Source: Marsupella aquatica (Eukaryota > Plantae > Marchantiophyta). From it: 64,000 nucleotides of DNA. A program made the translations under genes and the position numbers. The notes beneath the pieces were generated by a model. The model ran no database searches, was not told the DNA's origin, and saw nothing but the letters and a program-made list of their open reading frames with translations. Each line of letters starts with the position of its first letter. Within the stretch, counting starts at the first letter, position 1. The stretch is taken from positions 16,657,752 through 16,721,751 of the forward strand of contig OZ316896.1 of assembly GCA_973895155.1 (NCBI GenBank). Reading direction: 5' to 3'. Shown in pieces: positions 27,454 through 38,100 of this stretch.

Positions 27454-27834
27454 TAGCGGAATTGGACAGCATCAATCAAGGATCAAATCTATTAGAAAAA
27501 TTGACTCAAATTCCCAGCTTAGTTAGGTTGGCCTTACCCAGGGTTAGTTAACCCTCGATTGCTTTAGGAGAACTCAGATTCACTTATTTAGGCCCACACA
27601 TCCCATATCCCATAGGGGGGATAGGTTGGAAGAACATCTTTCTCTTCCTCATTTTCATATGTAATCTTTCATGTTATAGATGCTTCATGAGTCTTTTCAT
27701 TGTGGTGTCTTGTTAGTTTTGAGTGAGATTGAGTGCACACTCATGTTTTGCACTGTGTTGTCTAGTAAGTGCGCTTTCATCAACCTAGACAAAATTTCTC
27801 AATCATGTTGTCCAATTTTTGCCAGATAAAGATG

Positions 27835-28187
27835 TGTCATGCCGAGGGACAGTGCCGCTTGTGCACATCGGCATGTCCCTCGCATGCCCGCTAGGTATGG
27901 TTAGGGCTAGTGTACTACTTGAGTTAGTGTCATGTTCTTGTAGCGAGTCTGGGCTGTTCTTGAGGTTTGTTAGTGTGACGCCTGGACCCGGTCCTACTTA
28001 GGGCATGTTTTTCTTTGCTGTTCTTCAGTTCTTCTTGAATCGCTGTGAGACAGAGTTTTTCAGAGGCTGCTCGTCGATTCCGTACACGGAATTCACACAG
28101 TGATTCGTTAGATGCTCCCGGCCGATCTTGGCATCTCGCCGGTTTTCGATTCGATTTCAGTACGTTTGTTTCTATCACGCCTTTTAT
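27835..28187 (+). repeat. Terminal repeat A1 (353 bp)
   Basis: Direct repeat of 36998-37350; begins TGTCATGCCGAGGG. Confidence 0.95.
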
Positions 28188-28200
28188 TCAAGAAGAACTG
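28186..28200 (+). other. Putative self-priming primer-binding site
   Basis: ATTCAAGAAGAACTG sits at the 3' edge of A1 and is the exact reverse complement of CAGTTCTTCTTGAAT at 28026-28040. No tRNA-type TGG... PBS is present. Confidence 0.6.
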
Positions 28201-29442
28201 CCGAGTTAGCGGTGAGGAGAAGAAGTTTGCTCGTGGCAATTTCGACAATTTCTGGTGAAGCCATTGCAATTTCTTCGATGGACATTGGAGTGACGAGTTA
28301 AAAGTTATGGGTTTATTGTGGTGTTATGTGTATACTTAAGTGTATACACATAACAAGGGACCCGGATTTTTATTTTCTGGCCGCAACTTGTTTCGCGACT
28401 TGCTGTTGTCGACTGCTGCATCGACGCCGACTTCAAAGGGCACACCCACGCTCGTGTTTTTAACGACCTCTTTGGGGCCCTTTTTCGTTTACCGGCCACT
28501 ACTGCCTCGGCCACCGCGCGCCCCTTTTCTTTCGCCCTTTTTCGCCTTGCCAATCCTCGAAGTTCCTCCCTCCGTTTGTTTTCCTGCCTTTTCTTCTCTC
28601 GGTATCTCGCAGGCTGTGCGCATAGGGCATCGTGCCCTCCCACTGGCAGCATTTAATTAACGAGAGGAGGGGGAGCGAGTGCAAGCCGGGAGGAGGAGGC
28701 ACAGAGGCTACGAAGCATTAAAGGGGGGGGAGTACATTCGACTCCCTCTCTCGGGACTCCTGCCAAGCACGAGGCCTAACTTACAGGGCATTAAAGGAGG
28801 GGAGGGGAGGGGAGTTCAATTCGAACTCCCTCACACGGTGACACAGGAGTCTTTTTGCAGGGCACGAAGCCCATCCAACAGCATTAAGGAGGGGGACGCA
28901 ACAGGAGGGCACGAGGCCCTATGAGGAATTAAAGAGGGGGGGAGTACTCGCGACTCCTCTCTCGGGAGTCACTCGCTGCCAGGGCACAAGGCCCAAAAGG
29001 GGGATAGGGGGAGCTCATAGTGGGGCACGAAGCCCTATGCAGGGCCCGAGCCATTAAGTTGTCACCTCGCCTCAGCCTCGCCTCGCCTCGCCTCGCCCTG
29101 CAGCATAGGGTACGGTGCCTCCCGAGTGTGCGTACACCTGCTTCTTTCCGGCCTCTTTTTCTTCCAGGGAGCCCGACGATGTATCCACATTGGGCACCGA
29201 CCGGTGCCCTTTATGTGTATACACAGACCCCTGTCTATACACATAACGGAGGCCCCTTTTGACCATTTCCTCTTGTTTTCTTTCCATTCATTTTCTTGTG
29301 AGCATATTTTTGGCAGGGCCGGTCTACACATTTCTGCCTCACAGTGTTGTTTCCTTTGTGGGTTACATTTCATAGCCTTGGGGTTGCCACACCTTTTTCT
29401 TGTCAGTTTCTTTCCTATTGGCACCCCGGGTGAGCATGCAGC

Positions 29443-32120
29443 ATGTCAGCAGAGGAGCCGAGTCGTAGCAGCTCATCGCCACCGACACCCCGGTACCACT
29501 TACGGAGTGATCCACGACCGTTGGTGCCAATTTCATTGGAGTCTCGGCAATTTCGACGACGTCCACAGACAGCAGCAGCACACACACCACGCAATCCTCC
29601 TGCTACATTTGGCGGTCGCTTCACCACTACTCCGAAGCCTGCTATCACTTCATTGCCATTTACCCCTTCTACATCCGTGGTTGTTCCTGCTTCACCGACA
29701 TACAGCATGGATGCCAGCCACTCATCTGGCCGCATTGAACGCTTCAGCGGGCGGCCAGGCACTGTTTCTTTACGTGAGTTCAAATCCACTTTCTACACTG
29801 TTGTTTACGAATTGGAGTTGAAGTACGGCAGCAATTTCACAAATGCTTTTGTATTTAAGCAGCTAGCCAGGTATGTGCACCACGAGGCTTTGGATGTGTA
29901 TGAGCAGCACTCTCAACGGCTGCTTGCTGTCACACAATTGCCTAACCCTGCCTATGCCAGTGCAATTGCGGCTGCCTCACAATTGACATTACAGAATGCC
30001 ATTGCAGCCCATGCTGCTGCTCCTGCCACTTCCCCTCCTACTCCAGTTCCTACCACTGCGCCAGTTACTCCCACTATCTTGGCACAGGCTACATCAGGCA
30101 TTTCTCCCACCATTGATTCCCCTGCCTTTGTTGATCCAGTGGCTGAGTTTTTCCAGGTTCTTGAATTGGGATTCCCAATCAAGAGTGCTGACAAAATCAT
30201 GCAGTTGGCGACCTTTGTGAGGCAGCGTGATGAAACCTTGAAGATGATGTATCGTCGGCTTCTTAAGCTAAAGGAGGACACCCAGAGCATCACTGACTTG
30301 GAAGCTGCTCATCGCTATCTTCGCGCATTGGAGGGCACACCAGCTCTCCATTCACAAGTGTTGCAGCAAGTATTCTCAGAGTTTGGAGAGAGCTACACAT
30401 TGCTCAATGTCTACGACACTGCTGAGAAACTTGAGTTGGCCCATGCACATTATGAGGCCAGTATTGCGCATCCACCGCGATCTAGGTACCAGGCTGCTGC
30501 TCCTACAATGGCCACCCCTTCCCGTGTGCCACAGTATGCTTCCAAGACCAAACCAGCACATGCTGCTTTCATGCTGCCCTCTTGCAACTACTGTGGCAAT
30601 CCTAATCACAAGGCTAATGAATGTGATATTGTTGCTGAGGACCTGTCTTGTGATTTTTGTGGGAAAGTGGGCCACTTGGAGGCAGTTTGTTTTGCCAAAT
30701 TCCCAGAGAGGAAGCAGCTACAACAACAGGCCACTCATCCTACTCCTGTTTCCACTCCCCCACCAGCTAGGAGGGCTCCTACTGCATCAGTTGCTCCTCC
30801 TTCTAGTGGCAAAGCAACTAGTGCCAACAAATTGCCCAAGCAGCCACAGAAGCCCCCAGCTCAGAAGGAGGCTCACAACGCACAGGCAACTCAACTCCAG
30901 TCTCTGACTCATGAGGTTGAGTCCTTACGTGCCCAACTTGCCAACATCAAAGGCAAGTCCACTGCCTCTGCTGGTCCTTCTCAACCGGCTGGTCACGTGC
31001 AACCCATCCCTGGCCCAGGCACCGCTGACAGTTCAGCACCTCTACCCCGCTCTTTCTATGGTTTACCATTTGATGCTCATATGGGTGAGTGTGTGCTGTC
31101 CTCTGCTCCACAGCCTGGCCTTACAACAGAATTTTCAGATTCATTCTGCCCTTCATATTTTGCTTACCAGCAGGCCAGTGTTGCCTCCCGTATTGCTCCC
31201 ACACGCCGCATTGTACAGGCTGATGGTCTTGCTGCCGGTCCTATGACTAGAGCCAGGGGAGCTCGGGCTATCATGCCCCAATCTTTTCAGCCACTCACAC
31301 TTGCTGAAGAGCGCACCTTGTTGGCGAGGGGGGAGGGAGCTGCAGCTACATCCATTCCACCACCAAGTGCTGCTGACATTTCACAGGGAGTTGTTTCTCC
31401 TGAGCTGCTTGAGCATTTCACCTCCGGTATGGCACAAAGGATTCTTACAACTCCACTTTTCAGTTGCCATGATTTACAGCTGGATGCTAGAGCTGTCCTC
31501 AGGGCGCTAGAGGGTTCACTGCATTCTTCATCAGCCCCTGTGACACCGGTTTTGGAGGTCCAATCTCATGTACATACTGGACCTTCTTCTTCTCCTTTAC
31601 ATGTTTCCACTGGTTTGGCTGCCCCAGTACCGATTGCTGCTGATTGTGTGACCAGAGCTACACTTGATTCTGGTCATGCTGCTCCATCTTTCCTGGCTAT
31701 GTTGTTGAGTGGAAAGACCGTGGACACTAACTCCCTTCACAAGGTACCTCATCATTTGCCGAGAGTGGTGCCTAGTGACAGGACTTCAGTTTCCACCACC
31801 ATTGCCATTGTTGACAACAGGAATTCAGTGGTCAAGTTGGAGGGTCACACTCCTCAGGTGGTCATGCTAGACACAGGTGCTCAACCAGTGATATTGGGCA
31901 TTCAGTTTGCCAAGAAGATGGGACTGCTGACTGATCATTTACAGCAATCCAAGTGGCACATTCGGACTGCTAGTGGCACTGTGGAGGATGTGCTGGGTGA
32001 GAGTTTACTTTACTCACTCTCACTTTTAATGGAGGTACAGATCAGGAACTGCATTTCCCAGTCAGATGTCTGGTTACCAATGCCACTACGTATGATGTGC
32101 TCATTGGCCAGGAGGCTTTG
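29443..32120 (+). CDS. Gag (two CCHC zinc knuckles) plus aspartic protease; frameshift near 32010
   Basis: CNYCGNPNHKANEC, CDFCGKVGHLEAVC and VMLDTGAQPVILG. The protease C-terminal YDVLIG continues in the 32097 frame. Confidence 0.9.
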
Positions 32121-32529
32121 TTCCCACCAGGTTTTACCATTGACAACTGGCATGAGCATGCATACTACAGAGTTGATTGGCATACTGATGGCTCACACTT
32201 GGGCTATATTCCACTTGATTTGCATGGTGCCCATACACCTATGGCTCACCACTGTGTGTTGAAAGCAGTGCACACAGCTACCTATGTCAACCACCCATTG
32301 CAAGATTGGATTGTGGAGGATGACGATGAGGTGGCTGCTGCACATGCTGCTGCATGTATAGCAGCACTTTCCAGCAACGTGGATCATCAACCAGAGGTGG
32401 TACAACGGCTCCAAGCAGCCCATGGACCTTTGGTGGCTACATTGCGCAAGTTTGAAGACCTTGGGCAGCACAATGGACAGCCAATAGCCCCAATCTTGAG
32501 CGCACCAGTTACATGGACTCCTGCTCCGG

Positions 32530-33475
32530 ATGGCCTTACATTGCTTGAGCTTTTTGGTGGCATTTCTACAGGCCTGGAAGCTCTCCTACAGTCTGGCATG
32601 GTGATGAAGCAGTACATCTATGTGGATATTGATCCAGGTGCAAGGCAAGTGGCTGAATCCCGTCTGCTGGAATTTTCAGAGCGATTTCCTCAGCAGTTTC
32701 CACACAGTGCAAGGAAGTCTACATTTTCTTTCTTTCCTTCAGATATCCAGCTTGTCCAGCACCGGCACTTAACCCTTCTTGGCTCCCTTGATTTGATCAT
32801 AGCTGGTTGGGAATGCCAAGGGTTTTCAGCTGCTGGTCACGGTGCTGGACTGCATGATTCTCGTTCTGGCCTTTTCACAGCATTGGTTCAGATTCTCACC
32901 TGGGCTCAATCCCTTTATCCTGCTGTTGGTTATATCATTGAGAATACTCCATCTCAGTTTGACCAGCGACCACAGGTCAAAGAGGATTTCAGTGTGGTCC
33001 AGCACTACTTGGGACCACCCCTTCTCATTGATGCAGTGCACTGTGGTTCTTATGCACATCGTCTTCGTAACTTTTGGACTAACCTTGCACCACCTTCCTT
33101 GTTGGAGTTAGCTCTTCACCACACATCCAGGGACACTAACCTCACAGTGGACCAGATTTTGGATCCTGACAGTTCTTGCCAACCAGTTACACGGCAAGAG
33201 CCAGCACCTTGGTATCCAGCCAATACCATTGGACAGCCCCGTGCTGCTTGGCCTACATTGTGTCCTTTCCAGGTGCACATGCTTTTCAGGGTGATGGTCC
33301 TGGCCTGGTTTACCGACATTCTACCGGTACATGGGATGAACCTAGTCCTGAGGAGAGAGAACGGGCTATGGGCTTCCAATCTAGTACTACAGGTCACACC
33401 CAGATCACCAGGCTGGCCAGGAATGCTTTACTTGGCAGGGTAATGGATCTCAATGCTCTCACTTGGCTTCTGGTC
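32530..33475 (+). CDS. DNMT3-like C5-cytosine methyltransferase domain inside pol, between PR and RT; 1-bp frameshift near 33260
   Basis: Motif I LLELFGGI, II YVDID, III DI, IV DLIIAGWECQGFS, VI YIIEN and VIII AHRLRNFWTNL. Motifs IX-X ERERAMGF...ITRLARNALLGRVMDLNALTWL lie in the 33176 frame and resemble the DNMT3A C-terminus. Confidence 0.9.
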
Positions 33476-33589
33476 ACTTGCATCCTTTTTCAGATGTCCA
33501 TTCCTCCAGCATCAGGAGTTCCAGTTCTACCACTCCATGGTGCACTTACCTTTGTCCAACACTCACCACTTCAGTCCCAGTGTTGGGGG

Positions 33590-35147
33590 GGAGGAGGTCC
33601 CTTGTAATGTGGCTGACATTATTTCTGAGTTTCATGGTGTGGATCAGACCAGAGCAACAGATACAGCAGGCCTTGGAGAGGCCTCATCACTTTATCAGCA
33701 GCATGCTAGCAGCTTGGACAGTGGAGAGGCTAGCACTTCTGGCTCTTCAAGCACGAGTACATCAGGTCCTATTCCTAGTGTTGCGAACTACACATTTATC
33801 ATGGGCAACCACTTGAGTAAAAGACAGAAGGACCAGCTGCTGAATTTGCTCCTCAAGCATGAGAACGTGTTTGCTTTCTCTATGAAGGACTTGGGTAAGT
33901 GCAAGACTATGCAGTTCTCCATTGAGTTGGCTGATGAAACACCTATCTTCAGGCGAAGACACCGTTTGAGTAAGCATGAGTGGCAGTTGGTGGATGAGAG
34001 GTGCCAAGAGCTCTATGAAGCTGGTCTTATTCAGCCATCTACATCAGATTTTGCAGCAGCTACAATGATGCCTGCAAAGAAGGATTCCAGTGGATTGTGG
34101 ACAGAGAAGCGCATGTGTGGGGACTACAGGCCACTAAACCTGGTCACACCCCAGGACAGGTACCCCATGCCACGGCCAGAGGAGCTATTTGATAGCATTG
34201 GAGACTCAGACATCTTCACTCTTGTGAATCTAAGGCAAGGCTTTAACCAGATTTTGCTGCTTGCAAAGGTCCGCAAGAAAACAGTTTTCCATGGTAGTAA
34301 CCAACTATGGGAGTGGTTGGTGATGCCATTTGGCTTGAAGAATGCGCCCATATTCTTTCAAAGAGTCATGGACCAGGTTCTTCAAGGTGCTGAGTTTCTG
34401 AAATGCTACATTGATGATGTGTTGGTCCACAGCAAAGGATTTGACCAGCATCTACTTGACCTTGAGGAGCTATTCATGAGGCTTAAGAAGGTGAACCTAA
34501 AGATACACCCCAAGAAGTGTGAATTTGCTGTCAGATCAGTAGTATATCTTGGGCATCGCATTCTTCCAAATGGAACCATGGCTCACTGGGCCAAGGTGGT
34601 ATCCATCTTGGAAATGCCCACTCCTACCGATGTTCACACTTTGAGGAGTTTTATTGGGTTGTGCAATTACTACCGAATCTACATCAAAGATTTCAGTACC
34701 ATTGCACACCCATTGTATGCTTTGTTGAAAAAGAATGTGACTTGGACATGGAGTACAGATGCTGAGGCAGCATTTGCCACTTTGAAGGAGAAGCTCTCAG
34801 AATACCCGGTGTTGAGAAGACCTGATTTCAGCAAGGTCTTTGTGTTACACACAGATTGGAGTGCCCTTGGGATTGGTGCCATTCTGGGCCAGCATGATGA
34901 GGAAGGTAAAGAGTACGTCATTGCCTATGCATCCAGGAGCAACAATCAGGCAGAGAGTCATTATTCTTCTTATGAGGGTGAATGCCTTGCTGTTGTGTGG
35001 GCTGTCATACATTATAGGCCCTACCTCTATGGGACCAGGTTTGTTCTCTACACCGACCACCAGCCCTTGAAGTGGTTGATGACCAACGACAAGCTTACTG
35101 GCAAGCTTGCTCGTTGGGCGCTCATACTCCAGGAGTATGATTTTTAG
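33590..35147 (+). CDS. Reverse transcriptase and RNase H (first RT Asp reads Asn; TAG at 35145 probably from CAG)
   Basis: KRMCGDYRPLN, MPFGLKNAP, YIDD, HPKKCEF, LHTDWS, EGECLAVVWA and YTDHQPL. Confidence 0.95.
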
Positions 35148-36780
35148 GTAATTCATAGGCCTGGTGTGACACATCAGAATGCTGACACTATGTCCCGCAG
35201 CCCTTTGATTACCTCTGATGATTCCTCAGATGCACGGCAAGATTTTGACCAGGCTTCCATCCTGCCTACATTTCATGCATCGACCTATCTTGCTTTGCTG
35301 CCATGCTATGTTGTTGACCAACCTATGGTGGACATATGGGAGGACAGCGACACTCTGAGATTTCTGCTGCATGGGGAGTACCCCTCACATGTTACTGCTG
35401 CCCAGAGAGACCGAATTCAGCAAAGGTCCAAGCGCTACTTGTGGAAGGGAGATCATCTCGTGCGTTGCTTGCCAGACAGGGAAGTGGTGGTTCCACCTAT
35501 TCATGAGAGGGTTGGCCTTATCCGTAAGGTACATTCTGAGCTTGGTCATTTTGGTGTTAAGAGGACTTACAGCCTCTTGGTCCCTCATTATCATTGGAGA
35601 GGCATGCATGGCCAGGTTCGAGATGTTATTGCCCGGTGTGAACAGTGTGATAGGGTGAGGACTTCCTTCACATCTCGACAACCCACACTTCATCCACTCC
35701 CTATTCAGGGCATGTTTTATCGCTGGTCATATGATTTGGCTGGAGAATTACCCCTCACGTCTCGGGGTAATCTCTACATCATGATCATGATAGAGCATTT
35801 CTCCAAGTGGATAGAACTTGTGGCATTGCCGGATAAGACCTCCCATAGCACCAGCCAGGCATTCCTACAACAAGTTCTCAGCCGCTTTGGAGCTTGTGCA
35901 GAATGTCTCACTGACCAGGGCTCAGAGTTTAGAGGAGAGTTCCAGGAGCTGCTTGATCAGGCCCTCATTGATCATCGCCGGACATCACGAGATCACCCAC
36001 AGGCAGATGGCTTGGCAGAGCGCATGGTTCAGACATGCAAGAAGGGCCTTCGGAAGATCTGCCTCACCAAAAACAAGGAGGATTGGGACCTGGCCTTACC
36101 CTACATTGCCATGGGGTATAGGATGTCCAGACATGCATCACTGTCTAACTTTTCTCCCTACTTCTTGTTGTTTGGTCGTCACCCAGTTCCACCTTCTGCT
36201 ATTGCTTCTCACATGTTTCAGGTGGTGGACTTGGATTCAGCTGTGACTTGGTCTGATGTGATCTCTGAGAGGGCTGCCCCTATTCAGGAGGGTTATGCCC
36301 ATGGCCATGGAGAATTTGGCCATTGCACAGCACAGGGACACACTGCGTTATGCACACACACGAGGGGGCACTTTTCAGCCCAAGGTCAGGAAGTTTGAAG
36401 TGGGAGATTTTGTGTACTTGCAGCGGCAAGCTAACGACACCCTGGACACCTCTACCAGTCGCACTATTCTGAGGGTCAAAGCTATTCGACCGTCTGGAGT
36501 GCTAGAGTTACAAGGGGCAGATGGGCGCACAATTGCTGACAATGCCAAGAATTGCGCCCCTTGTCATCTGCCTAACCTGGATCCCACCATTGTGACTTCT
36601 ACTTGGATTCCACCTGTGGACTACCCTTGCAAAGTGTGTTTGCGAATTGATGATGCTGACCAGATGCTGCTGTGTGACAATTGTAATGGAGGGTACCATC
36701 TTTTCTGCCTTCGGCCTGAACTTACCCAGGTGCCAGAAGGGTTATGGTTTTGCCCTTCCTGTGCTCCACGTGCTATCTGA
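35148..36780 (+). CDS. DDE integrase (HHCC plus core) with a C-terminal PHD finger; frameshift near 36280
   Basis: HSELGH...CEQC, WSYDLAG, LTDQGSEF and QADGLAER. The PHD reads CKVC...MLLCDNCNGGYHLFC...VPEGLWFCPSC (C4HC3). Confidence 0.93.
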
Positions 36781-36812
36781 CTTTTCTTTAGCCCTCCTTT
36801 TGGCTGTGGTCT

Positions 36813-36820
36813 GGGGGGGA
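36813..36820 (+). other. Polypurine tract (G7A) immediately before repeat B1
   Basis: CT-GGGGGGG-ATACAGAGG, ~30 bp after the pol stop and abutting the start of B. Confidence 0.7.
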
Positions 36821-37526
36821 TACAGAGGTTTACACCTCCACTACGTACATACCACCTCAGTTGCTTTTTCTTGGCACCTGTGAATGTGATTGGACTTTTT
36901 CTATGCATGTTGGTTGCTAGCAGCTTGCACATATGCATTGCCGGTGACTTGTATGTTTTCGATACACTATGGCTACGATACTATATGTCACGACAGCTGT
37001 CATGCCGAGGGACAGTGCCGCTTGTGCACATCGGCATGTCCCTCGCATGCCCGCTAGGTATGGTTAGGGCTAGTGTACTACTTGAGTTAGTGTCATGTTC
37101 TTGTAACGAGTCTGGGCTATTCTTGAGGTTTGTTAGTGTGACGCCTGGACCCGGTCCTACTTAGGGCATGTTTTTCTTTGCCGTTCTTCAGTTCTTCTTG
37201 AATCGCTGTGAGACAGAGTTTTTCAGAGGCTGCTCGTCGATTCCGTACACGGAATTCACACAGTGATTCGTTAGATGCTCCCGGCCGATCTTGGCATCTC
37301 GCCGGTTTTCGATTCGATTTCAGTACGTTTGTTTCTATCACGCCTTTTATATACAGAGGTTTACACCTCCACTACGTACATACCACCTCAGTTGCTTTTT
37401 CTTGGCACCTGTGAATGTGATTGGACTTTTTCTATGCATGTTGGTTGCTAGCAGCTTGCACATATGCATTGCCGGTGACTTGTATGTTTTCGATACACTA
37501 TGGCTACGATACTATATGTCACGGCA
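36820..37526 (+). repeat. Right-end repeat block B1-gc-A2-B2
   Basis: B1 36820-36995, spacer GC 36996-36997, A2 36998-37350, B2 37351-37526. The B1/A2 junction is the palindrome GACAGCTGTC. Confidence 0.95.
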
Positions 37527-37844
37527 GATGTTGTCCAAGAGTATTTTGATTCCCTTCCATTCCCTATGTCTTTCATGAGGGTTTTTTTTGGGTTAGTTTT
37601 ATTTCAAGTTGATTCTTCTCAATTTTTGGCTCAAAGTGTTGTTGGAGAAGTTTGTGCTTGTTATGTGACTCCAAGCCAGATTCCTAGTGTATTGCATGCT
37701 CGGTTCTTCCTATCTTACTTGGTGTGATTCCTTCCATGAGCTCACTTGCCTCCATCTAGAAATTGTTAGGTGAAGGTATCATGAGCTCATGCCTTCATAC
37801 TGAGGTCACCACATGGGTGGGTATATGCCTTGCATTCTATTCTA

Positions 37845-38100
37845 CGAGCTCAATACCCGTGCGTTGCACAAAAGAAGTCGTGTCGGCCAAGATGTCGTTG
37901 AGAAAAAAAAGAAGTCGTGTAAGCCAAGAGGTCGTGGAGAGAAAAAATGACGTGTCGGCCAAGAGGTGGTTGAGAGAAAAAAAGTCGTTGAGAAAAAAAG
38001 ATGTCATGTTGGCCAAGAGGTCGTTGAAAAAAACTTGTCATGTCGGCCAAGATGTCGTTGAAAAAAAATGTCGTGTCGGCAAAGATATCATTGAGAGAAA
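37845..38100 (-). mobile_element. Non-autonomous Helitron-like 3' end with minisatellite (copy 2, same family as 20284)
   Basis: A-CGAG-CTCAATACCCGTGCGTTGCACA followed by repeats of TGTCGGCCAAGATGTCGTTGAGAAAAAA. Confidence 0.55.

Larger units (their letters stand above)
27835..37526 (+). mobile_element. Ty3/Gypsy-type retrotransposon with split direct repeats (A1-internal-B1-gc-A2-B2), 9692 bp, TG...CA ends, TSD GATG
   Basis: A1 27835-28187 matches A2 36998-37350 (3 differences seen). B1 36820-36995 matches B2 37351-37526 (1 difference). GATG lies at 27831-27834 and 37527-37530. Domain order is PR-RT-RH-IN. Confidence 0.93.

Noticed and set aside
28278-28301. MDIGVT as a possible HUH/Rep motif-I relic
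   Set aside because: Only 7 codons precede a stop, with no HUH or catalytic Tyr motifs nearby.
27835-37526. Classification as a DIRS/PAT/Ngaro tyrosine-recombinase element because of the split direct repeats
   Set aside because: No YR (R-H-x-x-R-Y) ORF was seen on either strand. The element has a protease, an HHCC+DDE integrase, TG...CA ends and a TSD.
36998-37526. Reading A2+B2 as an ordinary TG...CA 3' LTR
   Set aside because: The 5' end has only A. The PPT precedes B1 rather than A2, and the primer site follows A rather than B.
27830-37530. 5-bp TSD AGATG
   Set aside because: This would require the element to end in C. The internal B1 copy ends in CA, so a 4-bp GATG TSD is preferred, though one copy cannot settle it.
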